Part shown: positions 29,822-39,109 of the stretch, one piece after another
Numbering within the stretch: the stretch's first letter is position 1
How the letters are laid out: the number at the start of each line of letters is the position of its first letter
Assembly: GCA_037447435.1 (NCBI GenBank)
Contig: JBBIGR010000016.1
Coordinates: forward strand, 30,502 to 94,501
Direction of reading: 5' to 3'
DNA: 64,000 nt
Origin: Fibrobacteria bacterium
GTDB taxonomy: Bacteria > Fibrobacterota > Chitinivibrionia > Chitinivibrionales > FEN-1185
Program-made: the position numbers and the translations under genes
The notes under the pieces: generated by a model
Databases searched by the model: none
Seen by the model: only the letters and a program-made list of their open reading frames with translations
What the model was told of the DNA's origin: nothing

Positions 29822-30760
29822 ATGACAATAGCGCTTATATCGGGCATCAACGGTTTTGTCGGACATCACCTTGTCGATTTACTGATGAAACAAGGTAAAA
29901 CGATTGTCGGCATCGGTATCGAGGCAACGTGCTTTCGCGATGACATCGGCTATGAGATGGTCGATATTACGGATTCCGACAGCGTGGCCCAATCCATAGA
30001 ACGTATGCGGCCGGACGAAATTTATCATCTTGCCGCTATTAGTTTTCCAGCCGAAGCCGATCGTACGCCCCGGCCCGCTTTGGCCATTAATATTACCGGA
30101 ACAATTTCTATGATCGATGCAATGAAACGGTTCATGCCGCGATCAAAAATTTTGGTGGTCGGTTCGTCAAAAGAATACGATATCGACGCCGAAGGATTGA
30201 TTTCGGAAACAAGCCTTCCTAATCCGACGAATTTTTACGGAATAACCAAGTACGCCACCGAACTTATCGGTATGCAATATTTCAGGCAATACGGGCTCGA
30301 CATCCGCTTTACCCGTTCTTTCAACCATACCGGACCGGGACAATCGCATTTGTTCGTGTGTTCCGATTGGGCACGGCAAATCGCTTCGATCGAACAGGGC
30401 CTTACCCCGCCCGAAATTCATGTCGGCGATTGCAATATCGAAATCGACTTTTCCGATGTCCGCGATGTGGTCAGCGGTTATGCAGCTATTATGGAAAAAG
30501 GTTTACCCGGTGAAGTCTATAATGTTTGTTCCGGCTCCATGCAGAAACTTTCAAATATTCTGCATTATTTGATCGGCAAGTCCACAAAGAAAATCGAAAT
30601 TGTGCGGCAAGAGAAAAAAATACGGGAAGTTAAAACATATAAAAAACTTGCAGGCGACAACAGTAAATTGAAACAGCAAACCGGCTGGGCTCCGCAGTTT
30701 TCATTTGAAAAGACCCTGGACGACTTATTCGAATACTGGATGCATCAAATCGGAAAGTGA
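29822..30760 (+). CDS. NAD-dependent epimerase/reductase, Rmd-like (GDP-4-keto-6-deoxy-D-mannose reductase)
   Basis: GINGFVG, YHLAAIS, YGITK (YxxxK), RSFNHTGPGQ..FVCSDWARQIA, DFSDVRD. Confidence 0.8.
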   Translation: MTIALISGINGFVGHHLVDLLMKQGKTIVGIGIEATCFRDDIGYEMVDITDSDSVAQSIERMRPDEIYHLAAISFPAEADRTPRPALAINITGTISMIDAMKRFMPRSKILVVGSSKEYDIDAEGLISETSLPNPTNFYGITKYATELIGMQYFRQYGLDIRFTRSFNHTGPGQSHLFVCSDWARQIASIEQGLTPPEIHVGDCNIEIDFSDVRDVVSGYAAIMEKGLPGEVYNVCSGSMQKLSNILHYLIGKSTKKIEIVRQEKKIREVKTYKKLAGDNSKLKQQTGWAPQFSFEKTLDDLFEYWMHQIGK

Positions 30761-30825
30761 CGATTGCAAAGAGGGCGTATTTTGTGCAAGCGGTCCCCTC
30801 ACGGGAAAATTTCGAACTTGCGCTA

Positions 30826-30870
30826 ATAAATAAAGCACCGGATTCATTTGAATCCGGTGCTTTTTATTTA
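30826..30870. terminator. Bidirectional intrinsic terminator
   Basis: AAAGCACCGGATTC-ATTT-GAATCCGGTGCTTTTT between convergent genes. Confidence 0.85.
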
Positions 30871-30887
30871 AATAAGCGAGAGCATGA

Positions 30888-31949
30888 TTACTTTTGGCAT
30901 CCGTTCGGCGTCAAACCGCCGTCCCAGCTGCGTATGAGTTTTCCTATCCTGGTCCAGCGGATCTTGATAGGCAATAACCATATCGGAACGTCTTTGTCTT
31001 CCGAAAAATACAGGATAAAGGCCTTTGCCTTGATGAAGTTGCGGTTCAAAAATCCCCAATACCGCGAATCGGTCGAATTGTCGCGATTGTCGCCCATCAT
31101 GAAATAATTGTCGTTCTTCACGATATAGTCTTTAATTTGCTTGTTGTTGACATAAAGCAATTTTGAGACATTGATGTTTTTGTCGGTATATTGCATGCCG
31201 ACCTGTTTGACGATATCGTCGAGAATGGTCCAATTGTCTATGATGTCGAACGGAATATCGTCGAAAGACAATTCCCGGTACCCGTAGGTGATGACTTTTT
31301 GGTTGTTCGCGTATTCGCCGTTGATATACAGTTGGAATTTTGCCACCGTCGGCTGCCTTGGATTTTCCTGCTTGACAAGGTGCTTGTAAAACAGGAATTG
31401 GCGAACCGGCATTTTGGGGTCGATATGCAACGTATCGCCTTTTTTAGGGACCCGAATCGGTTCGAAGTCGGTAATGCGCGGGTCTAATTGGCCGTTATGG
31501 ATATATTGACCGTTCGGCGGCAAGAGTAAAGGCTTCCCGTCGACAATGACCGTCGTTCCATGAGACTCGATGGTTTGGCCGGGCCCCGCAACGCACCGTT
31601 TGATATAATCTTTTTTATCGGATCCGGGATATTTGAAAATAATGACATCGCCCGGTTTCGGATCCGTGATGCCGGGGAATTTCGTATACATGAACGGCAG
31701 CACGGGCGCGCCGTAAATGAACTTGAGTCCGAGCAAAAAATCTCCGACCATAAGGCTTTTTTCCATGGAGCCCGTAGGGATTTTAAAAGCCTGAATAACA
31801 TAAACAATGGCAATAAGCGCCATGGCGAGGGCGGAAATCATGTCTTTGGTAAAATGAAAAAGCCCGGCTTTTTCCGATCTGCGCAATTCGCTTTTGTCTG
31901 GGCTTTTGTCCTGATTTGGGTTTTGAGTGTTCAATGTGGTCTCCGGCAT
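30888..31949 (-). CDS. lepB: Signal peptidase I
   Basis: IPTGSM (Ser), DYIKRC (Lys), GDNRDNSTDSRYWG. Confidence 0.95.
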   Translation of the reverse strand: MPETTLNTQNPNQDKSPDKSELRRSEKAGLFHFTKDMISALAMALIAIVYVIQAFKIPTGSMEKSLMVGDFLLGLKFIYGAPVLPFMYTKFPGITDPKPGDVIIFKYPGSDKKDYIKRCVAGPGQTIESHGTTVIVDGKPLLLPPNGQYIHNGQLDPRITDFEPIRVPKKGDTLHIDPKMPVRQFLFYKHLVKQENPRQPTVAKFQLYINGEYANNQKVITYGYRELSFDDIPFDIIDNWTILDDIVKQVGMQYTDKNINVSKLLYVNNKQIKDYIVKNDNYFMMGDNRDNSTDSRYWGFLNRNFIKAKAFILYFSEDKDVPIWLLPIKIRWTRIGKLIRSWDGGLTPNGCQK

Positions 31950-31983
31950 TTTTTAGTATTGTGATCAGTAACTTTATATACGG

Positions 31984-32745
31984 TCACCTAAAATACTCTA
32001 AAACATCATCGTGAAGAAAGCCATTAGACAAAATGATAGACCCGTTGTAAATAGTCGGATTCCCGCGAATATCGGAATATCTGCCGCCCGCAATCGAGAC
32101 AATGCACGCACCCGCCGCGCAGTCCCAGGGTTTGTCGAGTAAATTAGCGCATACGTCAATTTTCCCCGAAGCTATGCAACCGTACGTGTAGGCGTCCATG
32201 AATCCGTACGGGTAATCCCATTTTTTCATCAATTCAAGCAAAGACTTTCCATCCTTAGTATCCTGCTTTTCAACAAAACCAAACCCGCTTCCCATGGCGA
32301 CCTCAAGATACTTCGTTGAGGAAACGTGAATATTTTGGTTGTTTAAGAATGCGCCTTTTCCTTTTTGCGCCCAATAGGTTTCACTGAGCGCCGGCAAATG
32401 AATGCACGCGGCGACGAGGTCTTGTCCGTCTTCAAGTGCAATAAGTACGCTGTGCGTGGGCAAGCCGCGAATAAACGGTCGCGTACCGTCGAGCGGATCA
32501 ACGATCCAGCGCCTGCCGCTTTGGCCTTTTTCCTCACCGGTTTCTTCGCCTAAAAAGGCGTCGAGCGGAAATTGCCTGGTAATAATGTCCCGGATAACCG
32601 TTTCACATTGTTTGTCTATTTCGGTAACAGGACTGCGATCCGATTTGATTTCGATATTTTGGATCGCATGTTTCTTTGAAAGTTGAATGCTTCCGGCTGT
32701 TTGTGCGGCATCGAGCATTGCCTTGATTTCGCCATCGTATATCAT
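31984..32745 (-). CDS. Inositol monophosphatase-family protein (possibly HisN histidinol-phosphatase)
   Basis: KSDRSPVTEID, GEE, WIVDPLDGT, WDCAAG. Confidence 0.85.
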   Translation of the reverse strand: MIYDGEIKAMLDAAQTAGSIQLSKKHAIQNIEIKSDRSPVTEIDKQCETVIRDIITRQFPLDAFLGEETGEEKGQSGRRWIVDPLDGTRPFIRGLPTHSVLIALEDGQDLVAACIHLPALSETYWAQKGKGAFLNNQNIHVSSTKYLEVAMGSGFGFVEKQDTKDGKSLLELMKKWDYPYGFMDAYTYGCIASGKIDVCANLLDKPWDCAAGACIVSIAGGRYSDIRGNPTIYNGSIILSNGFLHDDVLEYFR

Positions 32746-32902
32746 TATCCGGTCCTTTGGGAAATATCGCTTTACAAAATATTAATTTAAAATGCATTAC
32801 CGAGGCGATGAGGTGCAAGCGGAAATATTTGGTCTTTGCAACCTTTTTGCCATCGCAATAGTATATTACATATGCCACCATAACGCGAGGTGCTGCATCG
32901 CA

Positions 32903-33955
32903 ATGACCATAGCGTACGATCCGTATTCTCTTTTTTCTACCTACGAGCCGGTGAGCTGGACTCCTTCCCTGCGCGCTTCGAAAGACGGCGAAGGTTCCGA
33001 AACCCACGAGCCGATCTATTCCCTTCGGCGCGATCACGGCATCAAAGGGTTTTACACGCTTCATAACCCGAACGACGAAATCAACGACGGTCGCCATAAA
33101 CTGGATAAGGTGATTGTCGAATATAGAATCGGCGCAATAAGCTATGCGCTGTATACGGTTTCCGATTTGTTAAATGCACCCTATGGTTTCGACGGAGGCG
33201 GCGAGGGAAACCTTGTCGGCGAAATTGCCGAACGAATCGCACGGCGTATTACAAAATACTGGCTCAAGCACAACAGCGAATACGGCAAAACAGGAGGGAT
33301 TTTCGATAGGCGTTTCAACCCGAAACAGCGTGAGGATTTCATCATCGCGAATACACAAGACTACATTTTAAAGATACTCAAATACCCGAATCTCGTGTTG
33401 CTGAAAAAAACCGGAAAGGGCAAATTCGGCTACGAAAATATAAAGGAATTGGACGGGTTGTTCGATTACCGTTATTTTCAACAACGGACCATAGTCGTAT
33501 TGGAAAGCAAGCTCGAAAAATTGACAATCGACTGCGACGATTTGATTGCAAACCTGTTCACGCCTCTTTCGCAATTGTTTCCCAAAGCCCATTTTTCCTA
33601 TGTATTGTTTACCGATAAAAACTCCATTTATCATAAAAGAAATTTCGAGCGGCGGCGTCAGATCAAGCAATTTCCTCTCAAAGTATACGGACGCCTGCGC
33701 CAGGCGAATATTTCGACCTTGTTTTTTTCTTTCAATGAGTCGCGGGAGGATTTTGAACGCATCAAGGATCATCTGGTTACCCAGTACCGCGTCATCAACA
33801 AAATGGGCGTCACGCTTCGCGGGAAAACCGTGATACGGAAAAACGAGATCATGGTGTTCGACCAGGGAGAAACACCCCATGTCAAGCTCGTCAAAGACGA
33901 CGCGAGCGGGATGTGGCGTGAGGTCAAGCTGACACATAAAAGAACAAGGACGTGA
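32903..33955 (+). CDS. Hypothetical protein with PD-(D/E)XK nuclease-like motifs
   Basis: GNLVGEIAE, KELDGLF, IVVLESK; SD GAGGTG upstream of the ATG. Confidence 0.6.
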   Translation: MTIAYDPYSLFSTYEPVSWTPSLRASKDGEGSETHEPIYSLRRDHGIKGFYTLHNPNDEINDGRHKLDKVIVEYRIGAISYALYTVSDLLNAPYGFDGGGEGNLVGEIAERIARRITKYWLKHNSEYGKTGGIFDRRFNPKQREDFIIANTQDYILKILKYPNLVLLKKTGKGKFGYENIKELDGLFDYRYFQQRTIVVLESKLEKLTIDCDDLIANLFTPLSQLFPKAHFSYVLFTDKNSIYHKRNFERRRQIKQFPLKVYGRLRQANISTLFFSFNESREDFERIKDHLVTQYRVINKMGVTLRGKTVIRKNEIMVFDQGETPHVKLVKDDASGMWREVKLTHKRTRT

Positions 33956-33990
33956 TGAATGCCGTAACCATGAAGACGTGCGCTATGTCT

Positions 33991-34464
33991 TCACGGCGTT
34001 CCTCGCAGCAATTTCCGAAGCTGCGTCGAAAACCCTTTTGTGAACACGATGACGTACGGATACCGGTCCGTACTCGAGGAGAGCTTTGCGCTTTTACAAG
34101 TCGGATTTTGCAAAAACACTTTCATTGCCGGCAAGCCCAGATATTCAAAAGTCAAATACGCCGACGAGCTCTCCGCGGAAACCGACAATTCGCTTCTGTG
34201 TAGCCTGAGCGCATCCGCATAGGAAAACACGGTGTCTATATTGTCGCGCAGTTCCGCATAAAGGTTTTGGCGAAGTACTCGTGAAACCGTGTCGACGCGG
34301 TTTTTCGTATGGTTATTGACAATAGTTAAAACGATCCGGTCTATTTCGAGGGGAAAAGCGGGGGAACCGGATTGGATGACCGTCGCGTCCGCGTATAACG
34401 GCGTGGCGTCAAACGTCAAAACGACAAAAAAGAAGACTGCAGTTGCAAATGATTTGGCACGCAT
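33991..34464 (-). CDS. Hypothetical exported protein
   Basis: Signal-peptide-like N-terminus, starts 5 nt after the prmA stop. Confidence 0.55.
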   Translation of the reverse strand: MRAKSFATAVFFFVVLTFDATPLYADATVIQSGSPAFPLEIDRIVLTIVNNHTKNRVDTVSRVLRQNLYAELRDNIDTVFSYADALRLHRSELSVSAESSSAYLTFEYLGLPAMKVFLQNPTCKSAKLSSSTDRYPYVIVFTKGFSTQLRKLLRGTP

Positions 34465-34469
34465 GGCGT

Positions 34470-35321
34470 TTATCGGCGTATGAAGGTTCCGCACCACCAC
34501 TCGTTTTCATGTGCCTGGCCGTGCAACTGAAAACCGTGGGCCAGCGTATTGGTAATGATTGTTTTGTGTTCTTCCAGAAGAAGGCCTGACCAAATGAGAA
34601 CGCCGTTTGGCTTGATTATATCCCGCAGTCGCGGCAGCAAAGGTTCCGAATCCGCGGAAATCATATTCATGACGATACAATCGAAATAGGAATGAGTCCG
34701 GATCATGTCCAGCGAGCCGATACCGAACGAAATTTTAGCAGTTGCTTTATTTTTGCGTTTGTTTTCTGCAAGGTTGGCCAGGCATACGATATCGGTATCA
34801 AGGCCGAATACCGTTTTACACCCAGCGAAATCGGCAACAAAGCATAAAACGCCGGATCCGGTACCGATGTCGAGCATGGTCCACTGTTTGGGAAGTACGG
34901 GTGTTGCGGCAACGATGCCTTGACAAGCAAGACGAGTGGTTTCGTGATGGCCGGTGCCGAAAGCCATTTTCGGTTCAATTTTTATCCAATGGTCGCGATG
35001 CCCGATGGGCGGCGGCAACCAGGCAGGTGAAATCCATATTCCCGGCGCCACTTCGACGGGCCGCATGTTTTTTTTCCAGGCCGCCTTCCAGTCCTGATCC
35101 GCGATTACCGATATCGACAACGGCAAAGACGGTGAAATGTCCATTAGCTTGAATTCCGCCGTGTGAAGAGACACGCTGTCCTTGAAATAGCATTTAAGCC
35201 GGATCTTATTGTTACCGAGGCTTTCCTCTTCGCATCCTAAAACGGCAAGGCCGTACCACGATGCCACGACGAGTTCGGCAATATCGGTTGTAAGTTCACA
35301 GGTAAGACAAAATGCCCGCAT
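34470..35321 (-). CDS. prmA: Ribosomal protein L11 methyltransferase
   Basis: DW..WK, IEPKMAFGTGHHETT, LDIGTGSGVL, SGLL. Confidence 0.93.
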   Translation of the reverse strand: MRAFCLTCELTTDIAELVVASWYGLAVLGCEEESLGNNKIRLKCYFKDSVSLHTAEFKLMDISPSLPLSISVIADQDWKAAWKKNMRPVEVAPGIWISPAWLPPPIGHRDHWIKIEPKMAFGTGHHETTRLACQGIVAATPVLPKQWTMLDIGTGSGVLCFVADFAGCKTVFGLDTDIVCLANLAENKRKNKATAKISFGIGSLDMIRTHSYFDCIVMNMISADSEPLLPRLRDIIKPNGVLIWSGLLLEEHKTIITNTLAHGFQLHGQAHENEWWCGTFIRR

Positions 35322-35330
35322 AATGAATCA

Positions 35331-36611
35331 TCAATCTTTCACGGCTTTGGAGCGTTTAATGGCGCAGAACTCCCCGCAAATACTGCATAAGGAAGGATCG
35401 CCCTGCGGGGGTAGTGAAGCCCGATAGGCTCGCGCTTTTTCCGGGTCTATGCACAGGGACATGAATTTTTCCCAGTCAAGAGACATTTTTGCGCGGGAAA
35501 CCTCATGGTCCCATTCGATGGCGCCCGGATGGCCTTTTGCAATGTCTGCGGCATGACCGGCGATGCGCGAGGCTATGACGCCTTCCTTGACATCCTCAAT
35601 TGACGGCAGCCGCAGATGTTCGGCGGGCGTGACATAACATAAAAAATCGGCTCCAGCCATGCCGGCAACGGCGCCGCCGATCGCGGCGCTGATATGATCG
35701 TATCCCGGGGAAATATCGGTTACAAGAGGGCCAAGTACGTAAAACGGCGCATTGTTGCACAATGTTTTTTCGATTTGCATGTTCGCCGCAACCTGATGCA
35801 GCGGCACGTGACCCGGTCCCTCGACAAAAACGCCGACGTTTTTGTCGCGTGCGCGTTTGACAAGTTCACCGAGCGTCACAAGTTCCTGGATCTGAACGCG
35901 GTCCGAAGCGTCGTGGAGGGCGCCCGGCCTGAATGCGTCGCCGAGGCTCACGCAGACATCGTATCGGGCAAGAATGTCGCATAGCCGGTCGAATTGTTCA
36001 TAGAGCGGATTTTCGGCCTTGTTGTGGTGAATCCACTCCATAATAATGGTGCCGCCGCGGCTGACCGCACCACCCAGCCTGCCTGCCAATTTAAAGCGTT
36101 CCACGGAATGCTTCGTAACGCCGCAATGCAATGTTAAAAAGTCAACGCCTTCTTCGCAATGGCGTTCGATGACCTCGAACATTTCATCCGCTGTAATGTC
36201 AAGAACCGATTTTTTCTTCGTGTTTGCAATGAGGGCCATTTCATATAAGGGTACGGTCCCGATTGCGACCGGACATTCGGAAAGCAGAACCTTGCGCGTT
36301 GCGACAAGGTCTCCCGATGTCGAAAGGTCCATTATCGCGTCGGCTCCGTATTTCACGGAAATGCGCATTTTTTCCATTTCTTCGGAGATAATGGATCGCG
36401 CAGACGACGTGCCTATATTCGCGTTTATTTTGATTCGCGTTTTAGAACCTAAACAAAGCGGGGCTATATTTCGTTTCGTATTCCGACAAATAACGATGGA
36501 ACCATTTGCAACGCCTTCGCGAATCGTTTGTACGTCGATATGTTCGCTGATGGCGGCTGTCTGCATTTCTTGGGTGACCGTGCCGGCTTTTGCCAGTGAA
36601 ACTCTTGTCAT
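35331..36611 (-). CDS. thiC: Phosphomethylpyrimidine synthase (ThiC family, short form)
   Basis: KINANIGTS, MDLST, GTVPLY, SRGG, EGPGHVP, YVTPAEHL, CSICGEFC. Confidence 0.88.
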   Translation of the reverse strand: MTRVSLAKAGTVTQEMQTAAISEHIDVQTIREGVANGSIVICRNTKRNIAPLCLGSKTRIKINANIGTSSARSIISEEMEKMRISVKYGADAIMDLSTSGDLVATRKVLLSECPVAIGTVPLYEMALIANTKKKSVLDITADEMFEVIERHCEEGVDFLTLHCGVTKHSVERFKLAGRLGGAVSRGGTIIMEWIHHNKAENPLYEQFDRLCDILARYDVCVSLGDAFRPGALHDASDRVQIQELVTLGELVKRARDKNVGVFVEGPGHVPLHQVAANMQIEKTLCNNAPFYVLGPLVTDISPGYDHISAAIGGAVAGMAGADFLCYVTPAEHLRLPSIEDVKEGVIASRIAGHAADIAKGHPGAIEWDHEVSRAKMSLDWEKFMSLCIDPEKARAYRASLPPQGDPSLCSICGEFCAIKRSKAVKD

Positions 36612-36896
36612 TGAAATTTCTTTCTATAGGGATGTGGGTAATAAAAAATAGATCAAGGTGCGGGGGTACCTTGGGAATTTACCCGACATTTTTTAATCCG
36701 AAAAAGAAAATACTATTGTTTCCCGTATCTTAATATGATAGAATCAATCAAACATCGAATTATTTTGATTTCGAGAAAGAAATATTCCGCGCAAGCGGAA
36801 ACAATTGTGTTCTTTGGGAATCGTAATCTATATTTCAAAGTCAATTTTCCTTATGTTGTCGTTTTGTACGTAATCTCATTATGGAGTCAAAAGCTG

Positions 36897-37328
36897 ATGA
36901 GCGCCAAAAATGTCAAAGAGGTTAAGACAGCCAAAAAGCTGACCAAAAAAGACCTTCAGCATTTCAAAGACAAACTTAATATCGAGAAAAAACGAGTCTT
37001 TGAAGAAATGGGTGAAATTCAGAATGAAAACCTGAAAACCTCCATAGCCGATCAGTCGGGAGAGAATTCACGTTACAGCTATCATCTCGGCGACACCGCG
37101 TCTCTTGCGTACGGCAGAGAGTTTTCAATGGGACTTGCCGAACGGCAGCAAAAATACCTCGAACAGATCGATGAAGCATTGCAACGAATCGAAGAAGGCA
37201 CCTATGGTACCTGTCTTGTCACCGGAGAACCGATTCCCGTCGAACGCCTGGAAGAAGTACCGGTTGCAAAGTATTCGGTCAAGGGAAAAGAAATTTTGGA
37301 AAAGCGCAAGCAAAAAGGCGCGTCATAA
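36897..37328 (+). CDS. dksA: DksA/TraR-family transcription factor (one-Cys, Zn-free type)
   Basis: Coiled coil with HLGDTAS, IDEALQRIEEGTYGTCLVTGEPIPVERL. Confidence 0.85.
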   Translation: MSAKNVKEVKTAKKLTKKDLQHFKDKLNIEKKRVFEEMGEIQNENLKTSIADQSGENSRYSYHLGDTASLAYGREFSMGLAERQQKYLEQIDEALQRIEEGTYGTCLVTGEPIPVERLEEVPVAKYSVKGKEILEKRKQKGAS

Positions 37329-37392
37329 TCTCTTTACGCAAAAGAGCAACGGTCTTTTTCTCCGGTTCGAACCTTCATTTTCCGCGGAATTG

Positions 37393-39105
37393 ATGCGTTG
37401 TATGCGACGCAAATTTTCATTCGCATGGTGTGCGCTTCTTTGGGCATCCTCCGTGTCCGGGGCAAATGACCCCGTTTTCTATTTTTCCGATTCTTCCAAG
37501 ACGTTTGAGGTTCGCCAATCCAAGGATCTGTCTTTTCAAAGCATAACCTCATTTCTGCGCAAGACGCCCGGCAAAAAATTAGCTGCCTTGAAAACGCTTC
37601 AGGATTCGCTGGGCTTTTTTTCCGCAACATTCGCAAATGCGAACAAGGATACGACGGAAATTGTTTGGGGTACTCGGTCAATCGTCGATACTGTCGCCAT
37701 AAACGGCGCAGTGTCGATTCCCCTCGATTCTGTCGCAACCGTGAAGTTTCCCCGGCCTTACGACAGAGCCGAAATAGAGGCTCTGGCAAACCGCTGCATT
37801 TCGTTTTTAGGAGAGAGGGGCTATCCGTTTGCCTCGTTGTCGGTATCGCTTTCTCCGGTAAGGGCGGTAAACCGGCTCACCGTGACATTTGATATCCGCG
37901 ACAACGGCAAACATGCGTTTTCGAAGCCTCTTTTTTTAGGGCCTATTTCAACGAACAGGCATCTCTTGGAACACGATGCCGCATTTAAGGATAATCAAGT
38001 TTTCGATTTCCGTCTCGTAGAGCAGACAAAAAACCGGCTTCTTCTCAGACCGTATATCGTCTCGGTCGACCCGATGCCTCCCTCCGTGCTATTAGAGGCG
38101 CAACTGGGACAATCGCCGTTAAACGGCATGGACAAGGTGCTGATGCCCTTTTATTGTCGAGACCAGAAAGGGTTGGGGCTCGACGGCGCGATCACTTTTC
38201 AGGCCGGCGGCCAATCCGCGACAACGACCTTTTTCGGAATAGTCAATATTTCCCTGCTCAATTTACTTCACGGAGGAGAATCAGGCGAGGTTTCGTATAC
38301 CGGCCAAAAAGACTACAGCAAACTTTCTTTCGCTTTGTCGAAACCGTATATGTTCGACCTTCCCCTGCATGTGTCGGCCGATTTCGGGCTCGAAATTCAG
38401 GCAGAGGAAAACGGGTTTCTGAGAGGCGGCATCGAAGGTTTGACCGATATCGCGTCAGATTGGCAAATAGGAATGGCGCTCGACGGTCACGAGGTTTGGG
38501 ACACGTCGGGCTCATCGTCGGAATACGTGGGAGCCGAGATAATTCTCAAACGTCCGCAAAAACGGCAAATGGCCAATACCTTTACGCAAGGTATGGAAAT
38601 TCGGACCGGCAGCGGCTATGCGCGGAATTACGGCAGGCAATTCGATCGGTATAACGTGGAAATTTCCGGCAATGTGCATATGCCTTTTTTTGTACGGCAA
38701 GCCCTTTATTTCGGTGCGGTTTGTCAAACGTTGTTCACCCGTCCCGACGATTCCCTCCGCACGCCCGAATTATATCGGACCGGCGGGTATCGGTCCGTAC
38801 GCGGGTACAGCGACAATGAATTCGCGTTTAAAACCGTTGGCTACACGCAAACCGCATATCTGTTTTATTTCAGCCCCGAAGGAGCTGTGTATGCCTTTGT
38901 CGACGCAGGAGCGGGATTCGGTCCGAACAGTCAGCCGACGATTTCGGATGCCACCGTTCTTTTCGGATACGGCATCGGCCTTCGCATCCCTGTTTCAATA
39001 GGAACGGCGACACTGGAATGGGCAAGAAATTATACCGACACCAAAAGTTTCGGTCGTCTTCATGTTTCGATACAAAATCCTATATCAACGGCACTCAGGC
39101 GGTAA
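37393..39105 (+). CDS. Omp85 (BamA/TamA-like) outer membrane protein
   Basis: Signal peptide, POTRA-like GYPFA, NLLHGGE, GG..SVRGY, GYGIGLR; start uncertain (37393 or 37402). Confidence 0.8.
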   Translation: MRCMRRKFSFAWCALLWASSVSGANDPVFYFSDSSKTFEVRQSKDLSFQSITSFLRKTPGKKLAALKTLQDSLGFFSATFANANKDTTEIVWGTRSIVDTVAINGAVSIPLDSVATVKFPRPYDRAEIEALANRCISFLGERGYPFASLSVSLSPVRAVNRLTVTFDIRDNGKHAFSKPLFLGPISTNRHLLEHDAAFKDNQVFDFRLVEQTKNRLLLRPYIVSVDPMPPSVLLEAQLGQSPLNGMDKVLMPFYCRDQKGLGLDGAITFQAGGQSATTTFFGIVNISLLNLLHGGESGEVSYTGQKDYSKLSFALSKPYMFDLPLHVSADFGLEIQAEENGFLRGGIEGLTDIASDWQIGMALDGHEVWDTSGSSSEYVGAEIILKRPQKRQMANTFTQGMEIRTGSGYARNYGRQFDRYNVEISGNVHMPFFVRQALYFGAVCQTLFTRPDDSLRTPELYRTGGYRSVRGYSDNEFAFKTVGYTQTAYLFYFSPEGAVYAFVDAGAGFGPNSQPTISDATVLFGYGIGLRIPVSIGTATLEWARNYTDTKSFGRLHVSIQNPISTALRR

Positions 39106-39109
39106 AGAC

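Noticed and set aside
36612..36740. TPP riboswitch upstream of thiC
   Set aside because: Conserved CTGAGA and ACCTG core elements are not present on the minus strand
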